Origin: Minisyncoccota bacterium
GTDB taxonomy: Bacteria > Patescibacteriota > Minisyncoccia > Phycocordibacterales > DATDWN01
Direction of reading: 5' to 3'
NCBI GenBank assembly: GCA_041658985.1
Contig: JBAZZC010000005.1
Span: 1-54,595 of the forward strand
Length of the DNA: 54,595 nt
Positions within the stretch are counted from its first letter, which is position 1. Every line of letters starts with the position of its first letter. The notes below the pieces were generated by a model, which did no database searches, was not told the DNA's origin, and was given only the letters and a program-made list of their open reading frames with translations. Shown here piece by piece: positions 54,066 to 54,595 of the stretch. The position numbers and the translations under genes were made by a program.

Positions 54066-54595
54066 AACTTTTCAATAATAAAGATTAATTGTTTTAGAAA
54101 TGCAGTGTAATGTATATTAAGCTTTTTTAGTAGTAATATCAATCTCTTTTTTAAACCCCTCATGCCAGTCAAATCTTTATACACTAACTCATATTTATAG
54201 TTAGTTTTTTTAAGCATCTTTAGAATATCAAAATAACTATAAAAATGAAGGTTGTCATCTTCAAGCGAACTCCGCTTTAAAAGTTTCAGGTAAACATTAG
54301 CCAGTTTTTTAGGCATGTAACTAACAAAATATGCTAGTGTATGAGTTTCCCTTGGATAATATTTGTTTGGTAAGGTTAATAGGAATCTACCGTTAGGTTT
54401 AAGAACCCTTAATATTTCGTTTAATAATTTGTCAGGAAAACTTACATGTTCTAAGACACTAAAAGAAATCACGTAATCAAAATACCCATCACTAAAAGGT
54501 AATTCTGTGCCGTTATAAATCTTGAAATCAATCTTTGCATTATTAACTGCAGAATTTCTCTCGGCAATACTTTTTAATTCAGGGTCAACGTCCAC
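54062..54595 (-). CDS. Class I SAM-dependent methyltransferase (partial; N-terminus beyond the right edge)
   Basis: FDYVISFSVLEHVSFPDKLLNEILRVLKPNGRFLLTLPN. The reading frame is open at the window edge, and the stop overlaps the degT-like start. Confidence 0.7.
   Translation of the reverse strand: MDVDPELKSIAERNSAVNNAKIDFKIYNGTELPFSDGYFDYVISFSVLEHVSFPDKLLNEILRVLKPNGRFLLTLPNKYYPRETHTLAYFVSYMPKKLANVYLKLLKRSSLEDDNLHFYSYFDILKMLKKTNYKYELVYKDLTGMRGLKKRLILLLKKLNIHYTAFLKQLIFIIEKL

Noticed and set aside
1-54595. Alternative genetic code (UGA recoded, as in some CPR lineages).
   Set aside because: Long conserved genes (valS, secA, carbamoyltransferase) are intact under the standard code. TGA also acts as a genuine stop, for example at 39616-39618 and 35938-35940.

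Overview
This is a low-GC, tightly packed bacterial window. The compact proteins, the near absence of Shine-Dalgarno sequences before native genes, and the membrane-anchored PaaX-like protein suggest a CPR/Patescibacteria-like genome; that taxonomic call is inference only.

Left third (1-20.5 kb): housekeeping and envelope genes.
- A partial secreted repeat protein that is missing from the ORF track.
- valS, a PrsW-like protease, Hsp20, tRNA-Phe and tRNA-Arg.
- A glutaredoxin-like protein, an FtsB/DivIC-like protein, MYG1, a DsbB plus thioredoxin-like pair, and secA.
- A 1168-aa secreted alpha/beta-hydrolase-like protein.

Right two thirds (about 20.8-54.6 kb, running off the edge): one very large glycan biosynthesis and export locus.
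- Wzm/Wzt ABC exporter, about seven glycosyltransferases, and RmlC/RmlD-like enzymes.
- An NDP-hexose C-methyltransferase, WecB, a DegT aminotransferase, and a NodU-type carbamoyltransferase module.
- An SGNH hydrolase, at least seven SAM methyltransferases, and a B12-binding radical SAM enzyme.

Most interesting signal: a family of four intergenic elements bounded by the inverted repeat CCCGTACGAA(A)T / A(T)TTCGTACGGG.
- Two copies carry a near-identical 89-aa GIY-YIG nuclease ORF.
- Two copies are ORF-less units of about 100 bp.
- All four sit exactly at gene junctions inside the glycan locus and are co-oriented with the host operon. Three of the four are flanked by an ATGAA direct repeat, and the right end always carries the ATG of the downstream gene.
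- The architecture resembles REPIN/RAYT, but with a GIY-YIG nuclease. Novelty cannot be verified from the sequence alone.

Other notable items:
- A second inverted-repeat element family of about 135 bp, with three copies.
- Two single-gene high-GC islands: an orphan 197-aa gene with a perfect SD, and the B12-radical SAM gene.
- A structured element of about 200 nt closed by an 18-bp stem.
- Inverted arrays of an iteron-like repeat.
- An 835-bp noncoding stretch upstream of secA.
- An unannotated 53-aa DUF5989-like ORF.

No rRNA genes, CRISPR arrays or reverse transcriptases were seen.
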